Assembly: GCF_038025025.1 (NCBI RefSeq)
Contig: NW_027117347.1
Coordinates: forward strand, 1,843,292 to 1,863,291
Source of the DNA: Phyllosticta citribraziliensis
Taxonomy: Eukaryota
Reading direction: 5' to 3'
DNA length: 20,000 bases
Made by a program: the position numbers and the translations under genes. This document shows positions 1-9,904 of this stretch, piece after piece. Positions within the stretch are counted from its first letter, which is position 1. Every line of letters starts with the position of its first letter. The notes below the pieces were generated by a model. The model was given only the letters and a program-made list of their open reading frames with translations. It searched no databases and was not told where the DNA came from.

Positions 1-2157
1 ATCCTTAGCTCTTGAGGTTCCTGGTGGACCGTCGCCGCCTTGCTGTTGGGCTTGCTGGTTATCGAATCCGCCGTCGCGAGGGCCGAATCGGCCGCGGTGA
101 CCAAACTTGGGTTCATCGCCGTCCTTCAGATTTCCTCGCGGCTGCGCCTTTTTGACCTCAATCGGCTTGCCGTGGATCTGAAGCGGTTGCTTGAGACAAG
201 CGGTGACAGCTGCCTCGCCGTCGAATGTGACAAACCCAAACCCTCGAGGGCGGCCCGTATCCTTGTCGATCATAAGAGTGGCGTCGATGATGTTGCCAAA
301 TTGAGAGAAGAATTCTTTAAACTCGGCCTCGTTCGTCTCCTGGCTGACACCGCCGACGAAGATTTTGGCAGTCTTTTCCTGCTCCTCCCGAGGAATCGCT
401 CTTTTGGGGTCAATCTGCTCCAATTAGTGGGGACTCGGCTTGAAAGGGGACGGATACTGACAATTTTACCATCCAAGTAGTGCTCCTTGACCATCACAAT
501 GTTTACCGTCTTCGGATCTTTAAATGTAAGGAAACCAAAGCCACGGGAGCGGCCGGTAGCTCCATCCCGCATCACAGTGCATTCAGCAACTTCTCCGAAC
601 TGAGAGAAGTACTCCCTGAGACTCTCTGCACACAATTAGCAATTAAAAAGGAAATATGGCTTGTCCAATCACTTACGATCTGTTGTTTCCCAGTTTAAAC
701 CACCAATGAACATTTTTCTGTACCGTTGTTAGCATGCGCCGTCGGCAGTCCATTACGCGGCTTTTCTCGAAAAGTCTCAAAGAACAGGGCAGCGTGAGTC
801 GGTGTCTCAATTCTCCAGAAGTCGCGGCATTTCCGGGTTGGCGTCATCAAGTCTTCCAAATCGACGGGCGTCCTTGAGATAAAACGGAGGGCAGAATAGC
901 TCAGTGTTGGCGGGTAGAGGGGCCGCTGGCGCGTTGCTGTTTCGTTGGATCCCAACGTGTCGAAGGGTGGATATGGCATCAAACGCCGCCGCTGGTGAAG
1001 CTTCCAGATTCGCAGTCGGGCTGACAGTGTCGCAGCCACGTCCAATCGTCGCATGAGCACACTGATGGTCGGCGGGAAGCGTCTTTGTTTTGCTACGAAC
1101 CGAAGGCCGTGGGTTCTGCCAGCTTCGCTAACGAAGAGTAGACCCAGACCATCTACCTGCTCGAAGCTATCCTCGCTGGTTGCTACGGATATTGTCTGGA
1201 CAAGTTCTGCTCCCTAACGGTGGCAGATTCTGAGTTTCTTCTGTGGCTGACGAATCATAGGTGGCGTTCGAAGTAGTTGTAAAACCAGTCTCCGGTAATC
1301 ATTCCGCCTCATTGATTCTCTTCGCTTGCTCGTTTCCCGTCTTCAACATCAAGGCGTAACTGAGCGACGTTTGCTTCCACAGGCCAGACAATCGTCGCCC
1401 CACAAGGACGCTAACTTTGGACCACGCAGCCACAAGCTCCAGTTCGTTTCGCCGTCAGTTCAACCTCAGACTCTTGCGTTCTTGAACCACCAAATAGCTC
1501 ATCAGGCGGAGTTTCCCGTGACGTTGCTGCGCCGGGAAAAGTAATTCAAACATCGCTGGTTTCAGGCCTCAACCATAACCTTGTAGCGCCGGAAATTCGC
1601 CTCCCACCGGAATTGCCAACGTTGTCGCTTCCAAAATCCTTGATGGGGGGCAGCGCCTGGAATCGCCGCAGTAGAGACACCGACTCACCTTTTTGCCGTG
1701 CTAGACGAGTGGGAACTGGGGCTATGGAAAAGAATAGACCAAAGAAAAGCAACCGAGCTACTCACCCATCCTCTTTGATACCGATCGGTTTGGAGTATTC
1801 ATGTCCATTGCTCTCACCGTTACCATGTTGCATTGCTCCACTGTCGTCATTTTCCATCTGCAGGTCATCCGCATCTCCAGCGCCTTGAAAGTTATCAGGA
1901 CCGTTGTGATCTGCGCCTTGCTGGTCTTGGAGCACAGCGGGAGCTGAGACCTGCGCAGCCGTGGCGGCTTCCGGTGCGGGCTCTGGCTGGGCGGCGGGGG
2001 CAGAGAGTTGGGCGGGTTTGGCTTGGGCGTCATCATTATCGTAGCTGAGAAACAGGTCAGAAAACTCGCTCGATGCTCGGCCCCACACGGAATCTTGAAA
2101 AGAGCGAGCTCACAGGTCTGCGAAGAGATCCTCGTCGAGTTCCTCAGTATCAGCCAT
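1..2157 (-). CDS. HRP1: Hrp1/Nab4-Musashi/hnRNP D-like tandem-RRM RNA-binding protein; 3' end runs off the window
   Basis: Hand-spliced exons 2157-2114, 2044-1766, 717-677, 625-462 and 414-<1 keep one frame: MADTEELDEDLFADLYD...[33 protein letters not shown]...RSRGFGFLTF...IDPKRAIPREEQEKTAKIFVGGVSQE...RPRGFGFVTF. This gives two RRMs with RNP2/RNP1 motifs. All introns are GT...AG with branch sites. Orthology to HRP1 rather than another Musashi-like gene is by recognition only. Confidence 0.88.
718..1765 (-). other. Unusually long (1,048 nt) spliceosomal intron 2 of the RRM gene
   Basis: Donor GTGAGT at 1765 and GCTAAC...CAG acceptor at 720-718. Splicing joins GG|A AAA ATG TTC in frame with RRM1. 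The other introns in the window are 47-269 nt. Confidence 0.85.
1442..1530 (-). ncRNA. Hammerhead-ribozyme-like motif (type III topology, imperfect) inside the long intron
   Basis: The sense strand reads CGUC-ACGGG AAAC UCCGC-CUGAUGA-GCU...GGC-GAAACG. All core nucleotides are present, but stem I begins with an A.C mismatch and stems II and III are short or interrupted. Confidence 0.25.
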
Positions 2158-2674
2158 AATGAAATGAGGGCGATTCGAGGGAGATGCGGCTGGGACTCGA
2201 GACTAGGCGAGCAAGCCGAGCGCGCGCGGGCCGGGCTGCAAAGCTGGAGGATGTAACCGGCGGGTTCCGAAGGGTCCAGGGACGCGGGGAGAGGATGTCG
2301 CAAGAGCGGTGACAGCTCTATGCAAGCACGGTGAGCCTGAGGTGCGGTCACGGACTGGGTCGTAGGGTTGGCCGCAAACGAGGTCGCGAGGTGGAGTAGG
2401 TTGGAATGGCGAGGTGTGGTGAGGTGAGAGGAGGCGGCCGGGTCGTCGGGATTTCCTTGGCGTCATGGTCACGTGCTGGTGTCGGGCCGCGGCGGGCACG
2501 GACGGGGCCGTAGAGGGATGCATCGGATGCATGCCGGCCGGGGGGTCGGCGTCCGGGTCCGAGTGCCCCGCCCGGACTTGGCCTGGCCTGCCCTGCGTCC
2601 AGCCTCTGGGGACCGAGACCTGGACTGACGGACGTGACGTGTTTGGCTCGTCCTGCATCGCCGACAAGACAACA

Positions 2675-4756
2675 ATGGCCGGGAAGAAGCAGCAGCAGGT
2701 AATCTTCCCTCATGCTCCGCGTCCTCCTCCTTCTAGGCCTGGGCTGCTCTGAGCTGACTTGCTTCACACAAGGAAATGGTCCAGGTTGGTTCGTAGCCTC
2801 AAGCTCTCCCCGCGCCCTCAACGGGGACCCGTCCTGCTAACGCCATCTCCCTTGGCAATATAGACCGCACAAGGTATGAGCCTCGGGGCGTTTGTCGTCA
2901 TGTTTGCTTACGCCCCTGTCCAGCTCTGCATCCCCTTTCTGGCGCAACAACTCGGGCGCCTCCAAAAGCCATGAATCCAAGAAAGTCGTCGGCGCATCCT
3001 ACTCTCACACGGATATCCTGAGATTCGATTCCCTGTAAACCCTTTTCTCCCCCCATTCTCTCTCTACGACGCTCATGTTCCCCTCAAGATCCGTCTCGAC
3101 TTCCTCCCGCCCGCGCACCGCGAATTCCAACGAAAGTCCCCCCGCAAGCCGTAGCGGGACCACCGTGAACTCGCCCGGCCGCAAGCCCTTTCCTCCTACG
3201 TACCTATCAAACGACCCTGATGCAGAAGAGGATGAAGATGAGGAGGATCAGGACATTACGTTTGATGATGACGAGGACGAGTTTGGGTTGCCCAGCATAG
3301 CCAGCATGCGGCGAAAGGGCAAACGGAAACCCCTCAGCAAAGGCAAGGATCCCGGAGGAACACACTCGCTCCACGGCTCTATGGACGGCGGATTGGGTAC
3401 GGCACAGCCGTGGCGTTTGGACAGTGGTGACATAGCGGAGGAGCGTAACGGGAGCACGGTTCCGCTCTATCCCACAGCCAAACCGTCCGTCGGCAAGATC
3501 CTACGGCCGCAGTACAAAGACATTCTGCGCGACCCTGCCAATGCGCTCCACCTCATTGCACATCCGACGCTCCCTGTCAACTCGCCGCAAAAGGAGGTCG
3601 AAGCCCATTCGGCACGAATATCTCGAATCAACAAGTTTAAGCGAATCCTGCAGTCGAGCAACATTGCCATCCCAGAACTCAGGTCAACAGCATGGTCTGG
3701 CATTCCGGTAGAAGTCCGCGCGATGACCTGGCAGCTCTTGCTTGGGTACCTGCCCGCCAACTCTGAACGTCGCGTCGCGACCTTGGAGAGGAAGCGCAGG
3801 GAATATCTGGATGGCGTCCGTCAAGCTTTTGATAGGAGCGCCGCGGGCCAAGAAATGGGGATACCACCCTCTGCATCGACAAGTCGAAGCCGTGGACAGG
3901 GGCTTGATGAAAGCATATGGCATCAGATCAGCATCGACGTCCCCAGGACGAACCCGCACTTGGAGCTGTACAGCTACGAGGCAACGCAGAGATCGTTGGA
4001 GCGCATATTGTACGTTTGGGCGATTAGGCACCCTGCTAGTGGCTACGTGCAAGGGATCAACGACCTGGTGACGCCGTTCTGGCAAGTCTTTCTCGGAGCC
4101 TACATCACCGACCCTGATGTAGAGTGCGGCATGGACCCTGGCCAACTACCCAAAGCTGTCCTCGATGCTGTTGAAGCGGACAGCTTTTGGTGCTTAACCA
4201 AGTTGTTGGATGGCATTCAAGACAACTACATTCATGCGCAACCTGGGATCCAGCGCCAGGTGGCAAGCTTACGGGACTTGACGACGAGGATCGACAAGAC
4301 TTTGGCAGATCATCTAGAGAGAGAGGGTGTAGAATTCATCCAGTTCAGTTTCCGATGGATGAATTGTCTTTTGATGCGCGAGGTCAGCGTCAAGAACACC
4401 ATCAGGATGTGGGACACTTATCTGGTAAGTCAACTTCCAAGACCTTCGATGTCTCACACTAACTGTGATTGCAGTCGGAAGAACGCGGCTTTTCCGACTT
4501 TCATCTCTACGTTTGCGCTGCCTTTCTAGTCAAGTGGAGCGACCAGCTGGTCAAGATGGATTTTCAGGAGATTATGATGTTTCTTCAATCGCTTCCCACG
4601 CGCAACTGGACCGAAAAAGACATAGAATTGCTGCTCAGCGAGGCCTTCATTTGGCAAAGTCTGTTCCGGGGAAGCAGCGCGCACCTCAAGGGGCAAGGTT
4701 CACAGACGAAAGGGGGGAATGAAGGCAGCAGGGTAGGCATGGGCCCAGAAAGATGA
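2675..4756 (+). CDS. GYP1: TBC-domain Rab GTPase-activating protein (Gyp1/TBC1D22 family)
   Basis: TBC motifs WSGIP..VRAMTWQLLLGYLP, QISIDVPRT (R finger), YVQGINDL (Q finger), EADSFWCL and FSFRWMNCLLMRE. Exons 2675-2698, 2773-2788, 2864-2873, 2924-3034, 3089-4424 and 4475-4756 splice in frame. The four 5' exons are less certain than the core. Confidence 0.92.
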
Positions 4757-4905
4757 GATATTTGTTTTGGAGGGCAGGCAGGCATGTGTTCACTTACAGG
4801 CGTTGATTTGGCGGCAAATCATGAGCGCACGGCGTCATTCCGCTGACCTTTTAGTACCAGTAATTGTAAATATATTGCCGATGAAGGGATGAGAGATGCC
4901 CTTGT

Positions 4906-6314
4906 CTACGGCTTGATCTCTAAGCTGGCCAGATCCACCTCCGTTCCCGCCAGAGCTGCCAGGTCGACCAAGCCGTCGCGTGGCGGCACAAACTGCCTCA
5001 GCCCCACGCCGCCCTCGTCGAAGATGCGCGCCGCCTCCGTGTCCATGCTGTATGCCTGGCTGTAGACGACTTCGGAGATGCCGACCTGGGTAATCTTGAT
5101 ACTACACGTCAAGCACGGACAGGTGTCGCAATACAGGATGGTGCCGTCCTTGATGCGCTCGCGGCCGGCCTCGAGCAGCGCGTTCTCTTCGGCATGAAGA
5201 CACAGACAAGTAGCAAGGCTGGAGCCGCCGGCCGCGGCGGCGTTGCAGCGCGGACAGCCACCGTCGGCGCAGTTGCGCATGCCGCGCGGCGTGCCGTTGT
5301 AGCCGGTGCTGAGGACGCGGTTGTTGCTGACGAGCACGCAGCCAACGCGGCGCTTCATGCAGTTGGAGCGCTGGGCCGCCAGCGACGCCAGCGTCATGAA
5401 GTAGGCGTCCCACGACGGTCGGAGCCGCGAGGGATTGGGTAGGTCGAGGGAGCGGAGAGAGGCGTGCAGAGAGGAAAGGGAGGGCGTGGCGTTCAGGAGG
5501 CGCAGCTGGGCGCGGTGGAGCAGTGCGGAGAGGTGCGTTGGTGCGGCGAAGAGGTGGGCGTCGTTGCGGACGACGAAGTCGGTCAGAGTAGGGGGAGGGA
5601 GTTGAGCGGATATGCAGCTACATTTGAATGTTCAGTGTTTGAAGCCTTCAGGGGAAACGACTGCGGCCTACCGTGCCTTGAACCTCTCCCACCGCACGCT
5701 GACAGGGGCGTCGACGCTGACGAGCAGGAAAAACGGCCGCCGGAGCAACGCGTCTACGATGCTTTCGTCCCAGATGTCTGTCGTTACCCAGCGCTCTCTC
5801 CAGCGCTTGGTGACAAACTCGAGCAAGCTGTGGACGTTGGGGAACAGAGGCTCGTTTGCTTCTTCGTCGGTCGGCGTCTCACGTGGTGTTGAGTCTGGGA
5901 CGTGTTCGTTCGTGGCAGACTTTTCTACTGGAGGGGTGGGAGAGGTCCTTTCGAGTCGAATCCGCTTGAAGCCATGTTCTGAGACTAGATAGTCCGATAT
6001 CGAAGACTTCCCGGCGCAGATTCCTGGGATGTGTCAGTTCGAGATCTCGGATGCTTCGAGCGTTGATTGAGCAGCAAACGCGTCAATCACGCTGATTTCC
6101 GGCAAGATTTGGGTAGTGGATACTGAAAGGAATCAAACAGTGTGGGAATATGGGGAGGAAACGCGCTTCTGGGCCGGATATAAAATGGACTGACGCTGGT
6201 GATTGACGGCGTTGGAATTTGAGATGATCAAGTTGTATAGAGATTCGAGAGACGAAAAAGAGAGTACAATCCGAGACGAGAGACAAACATACCTCCACAG
6301 ACGCCTATGAGCAT
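4906..6314 (-). CDS. DCD1: dCMP deaminase with N-terminal P-loop nucleotide-kinase-like domain
   Basis: Exons 6314-6293, 6023-5672 and 5617-4906. Begins MLIGVCG|GICAGKSS. The C-terminal domain has RPSWDAYFM, RSNCMKRRVG, GYNGTPRG and the zinc motifs HAEENAL and PCLTC. Confidence 0.95.
6077..6213. repeat. Imperfect nested inverted repeat (hairpin) in dCMP deaminase intron 1
   Basis: CGTCAATCAC (6081-6090) is the reverse complement of GTGATTGACG (6199-6208), extendable by AACG/CGTT across one bulge. An inner pair TCCGGC (6098-6103) / GCCGGA (6173-6178) is nested within it. Confidence 0.6.
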
Positions 6315-6657
6315 TTTGTTCGAAAGTCAGGGGCTGTTATTGAAATGTGGTTTGGCAGCAAGTTGGAGTTGCGGTTGGACACCTCAGGCGACAGGCCGGC
6401 TAAACACCGGCGAGCCGTGAGCACGGATGATCCTTACATCATCTGGCCGCTGGCAGAGGGACAGCTGATGGCTAGCTCTCCTCTCCTCTACATCCTCTTG
6501 ACGCGCTGCCGCTGATCTGCTGAGACAGGCAAAGCCGACTGACAGTACCACATGCGCGCCCTCTGACCTCACCTTTTACGACGACCTCATCCGTTGCGCC
6601 GTTTGCGCGCTCTCCTCACCGAATCTCACAACCAACCCCGCTCCAAATCCACGCGCA

Positions 6658-9050
6658 ATGGCGAGACCAGTCCAGTATGCGCCTTGGTCTTCGGACATCG
6701 AGCTCGCTTTCTACGCCTCGCTGGCATCGATCAAAGTGAATCATGACAAGCTCGACGACAGTTCCCGCAAGGTCTTGGGTCTTTATGAGATCAGGCCTCA
6801 GGATCCGCCAGAGCGCTCTTGCCGCATGCAGATCCTCGGCTCTGCCCTCACCACCGACGTGTGAGTCCCCATCATGAAGCTTTCTACCCTGGTGAAATCC
6901 ATGCTGATGCGGTCGCAAACCAATACAGTGCTCCAAATGGCTACTTTCGCGCCGAAGGCATCATCCGCAACGTGAACACAAACGAGCAGTTCAAAGCTCT
7001 CGACCGCTCCGCCATCCTTGAGCGAGCTGGCCAAACGGTGCGCACGCCTTGGTCGCATACCTTGAAAAGACACTGACAATGCGCAGATTTGGGAGGCGAT
7101 CAGTGACGGTACCATCTTCTCTTGTCCTTCGCTCCTTGCCTCATTCACGGTCATCTCGTTTGCGGACATCAAGAAGTACAAGTTCACGTACCACTTTGCC
7201 TTCCCCGCAATCCACTCCGACGGTCCGTGGAAACACATCACCGAGCCGTCAAAGCTCACTTCCCCGGAGACCACTGAGCTCGTTGAGGCGGTTCAGACAT
7301 GGAAGTACCGGATGGACCGAGAGTTGGACTCGCGCCAGCACGGATTCTTCCTCGCGAAGAAAGTGAAGCGCTCGAGCGAACTTGCGCACCGCGATGGACA
7401 CGAGGACGAGCACGACGTCAAGTCTCCTGGAGCCCATCAGGTCATCGGCTACACATGGGAGATCGGAACTCTCGCCCAGTATGAGCAGGGCTTCTTCAAC
7501 AGCACGGACTTGAAGGACCGCTACGTCTGTTTCGCTGACCCTTCAACTTTTGAGGAGAATCCTGGCTGGATGCTGCGCAATCTCCTCGTGCTCGTCAAGC
7601 AGAGGTGGAAGCTTGAAAACGTCCAGATTCTCTGTTACAGAGATACCCACGCCGGTCGCGACATGCCTAGAAGTCTCATTTTTAACATTCAGGCTCCTCG
7701 GCCTACCACCAGCATCGAACTCGACACTTCGCTGGACCCCACCCCTCATCCTCGCCCACCATCTCCAAAAACGCCAAAGATGCCCAAGGTTACCGGCTGG
7801 GAGCGCAACGACACCAAGAAGCTCCAGAGCCGCATGGTCGACCTGGCTGCTTACATGGATCCCACGCGCCTGGCTGACCAAGCTGTGGATCTGAACCTGA
7901 AGCTGATCAAGTGGCGCATCGCCCCGTCAATCGATCTCGATGTCGTCAAGAACACCAAATGCCTTCTGCTCGGCGCCGGTACCCTTGGCTCTTACGTGTC
8001 GCGGAACCTGCTTGGATGGGGCGTGCGCAAGGTGACTTTCGTCGACAATGCCAAAGTCAGCTTTTCGAATCCCGTCCGCCAGCCTCTATTCGACTTCAAG
8101 GACTGCTTGGAAGGCGGAGCTCCAAAGGCAGAACGTGCCGCAGAGGCGCTTAGGGAAATCTACCCCGGCGTCGACTCCGAAGGACATGTCATGTCTGTTC
8201 CCATGGCTGGCCACCCAGTGGTTGACGAGGCCAAGACGCTGGCCGACTTCGACAAGCTGAAGAAGTTGATCGACGAGCACGACGCCATCTTCCTTCTGAT
8301 GGACACGCGAGAGTCACGATGGCTGCCGACAGTCATGGGCAAGGCAGCAGGCAAGATTGTCATGAACGCTGCCCTGGGCTTCGACACTTTTGTGGTCATG
8401 AGACAGGGCCTGAAGGCCGGCGGACCAGAAGAGGCGGAGATGGGATGTTACTTCTGCAACGATGTCGTTGCACCCGCTGATGTGAGTCATTCTCACCGTT
8501 CCCTGAGAGCTATTACTAACGTGCGAGACAGTCACTCAAGGACGCCACACTGGACCAACAGTGTACAGTCACTCGTCCGGGAATCGCGGCAATTGCCTCG
8601 GCACTTCTTGTCGAGCTCTTGGTCTCCGTCGTCCAACATCCTCTCCGCGCACATGCCCCAGCGCCATCGAGCTCGTCAGAAAATCCTACCGACGCAGATT
8701 CCCGTGCCTTTGCGGCGCCTTCAAGTCCCGGCTCCTCCCCTTCGCGCCCATTCAAGCATCCCCTTGGCCTTGTTCCCCACCAAATTCGCGGATTTCTCTC
8801 AAACTTCTCCAACCTTTGCATCAGGGGCCAACCGTACGACTGCTGCAGCGCTTGCAGCGACCGCATTGTCGATCGCTACAAGGCCGAGGGCTGGGATTTT
8901 GTCAAGCGTGCTCTTAACCAGAAGGGCTGGGTTGAGGAAGTGAGCGGTCTCGCAGAGGTGCAGCGCCGCGCAGAGGAGCTCGAAAGGGACGGCATGGTCG
9001 AGTGGAGCGACAGCGAAGACGACGGAGAGGGCGAGGGCGAGCTGATTTGA
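6658..9050 (+). CDS. ATG7: Autophagy E1-like ubiquitin-like modifier-activating enzyme Atg7
   Basis: Exons 6658-6860, 6929-7037, 7087-8481 and 8532-9050. Motifs include [77 protein letters not shown], the catalytic [12 protein letters not shown] and [12 protein letters not shown]. Confidence 0.97.
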
Positions 9051-9904
9051 TGAGACCGAGGACGACATTCACGACTGCTGGTACGGATATGATGGCACAT
9101 GGCGAATGAGATACGAACGACGAACGATGAAAGCGAAGTGGATCCTCTCAGCCAAGCGTCTCTACGTTGCTTCCTTAACACTGGAACTTGCTCTCGCGAT
9201 TTGAGGCCCTTGAGCATCATGGCTGGTTGGATCTCGTTTTTCTTTTCCCCCTTTTCTGTATCATAAAGGACTGGCGCTGCATGGCGTTTGATGATGGGAT
9301 CTTCTCCACGGCCTTGCTTCTTTGTGGCTTCATGGCGTGATGGGGAACGGCCTCGCGGTCTGGTAGGTAGGGTCTGGCTTTCGCAGCTTTGAGGTTTCGA
9401 GTTTAGATTCCCTTTTCCGGTGATGAGGGAGGCGTTGGTGGGTAAGATAGGGCTCGATAGCTAGCAGTATCACGTAATGGCTTGAACGATCGCAAGTGAA
9501 AATCAAGAGACTGATCCGAAGCACTCTGTCGGCTTGTCTCACATGAGTTGTGACATGCCTGTCTGCGTCCTTTTCTTGTGGTACGAGTCCATTGTCCCAG
9601 CGTCGCCGTTATCAAGCCAATATGCTCTCCCTTTCCTCAATGGTCTCATTTACAGTGCACCACAAATCCACTTGGTGACAAACATCCAAGGCTTGACTCA
9701 CTGCTTTTGCTGCCCTGCCCTGCCCTATCCGATTCCAAGAACGCCCCGGCCAGGAGATGTGTATCCGCTCAACCATTACGCGAACAAAAAGAGAAGGGAA
9801 GAAAGGAAAAGAAGCTCAAATTGTGCAGGGCCCACCCCAATAATCCGACACGCTCGCGCAATGCAAAGAAAGAGTTGGCAAAAACCAAGCTATCATCAAT
9901 GCAG

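Noticed and set aside
1455..1505. C/D-box snoRNA in the long intron (CTGATGA ... CTGA)
   Set aside because: The box spacing is too short, the C box lacks the leading purine, and I see no terminal stem or recognisable rRNA guide.
1758..2821. Several 95-197 aa ORFs across the HRP1-GYP1 divergent region
   Set aside because: These are Pro/Arg-rich translations of a very GC-rich promoter/UTR where stops are rare, with no domain signal.
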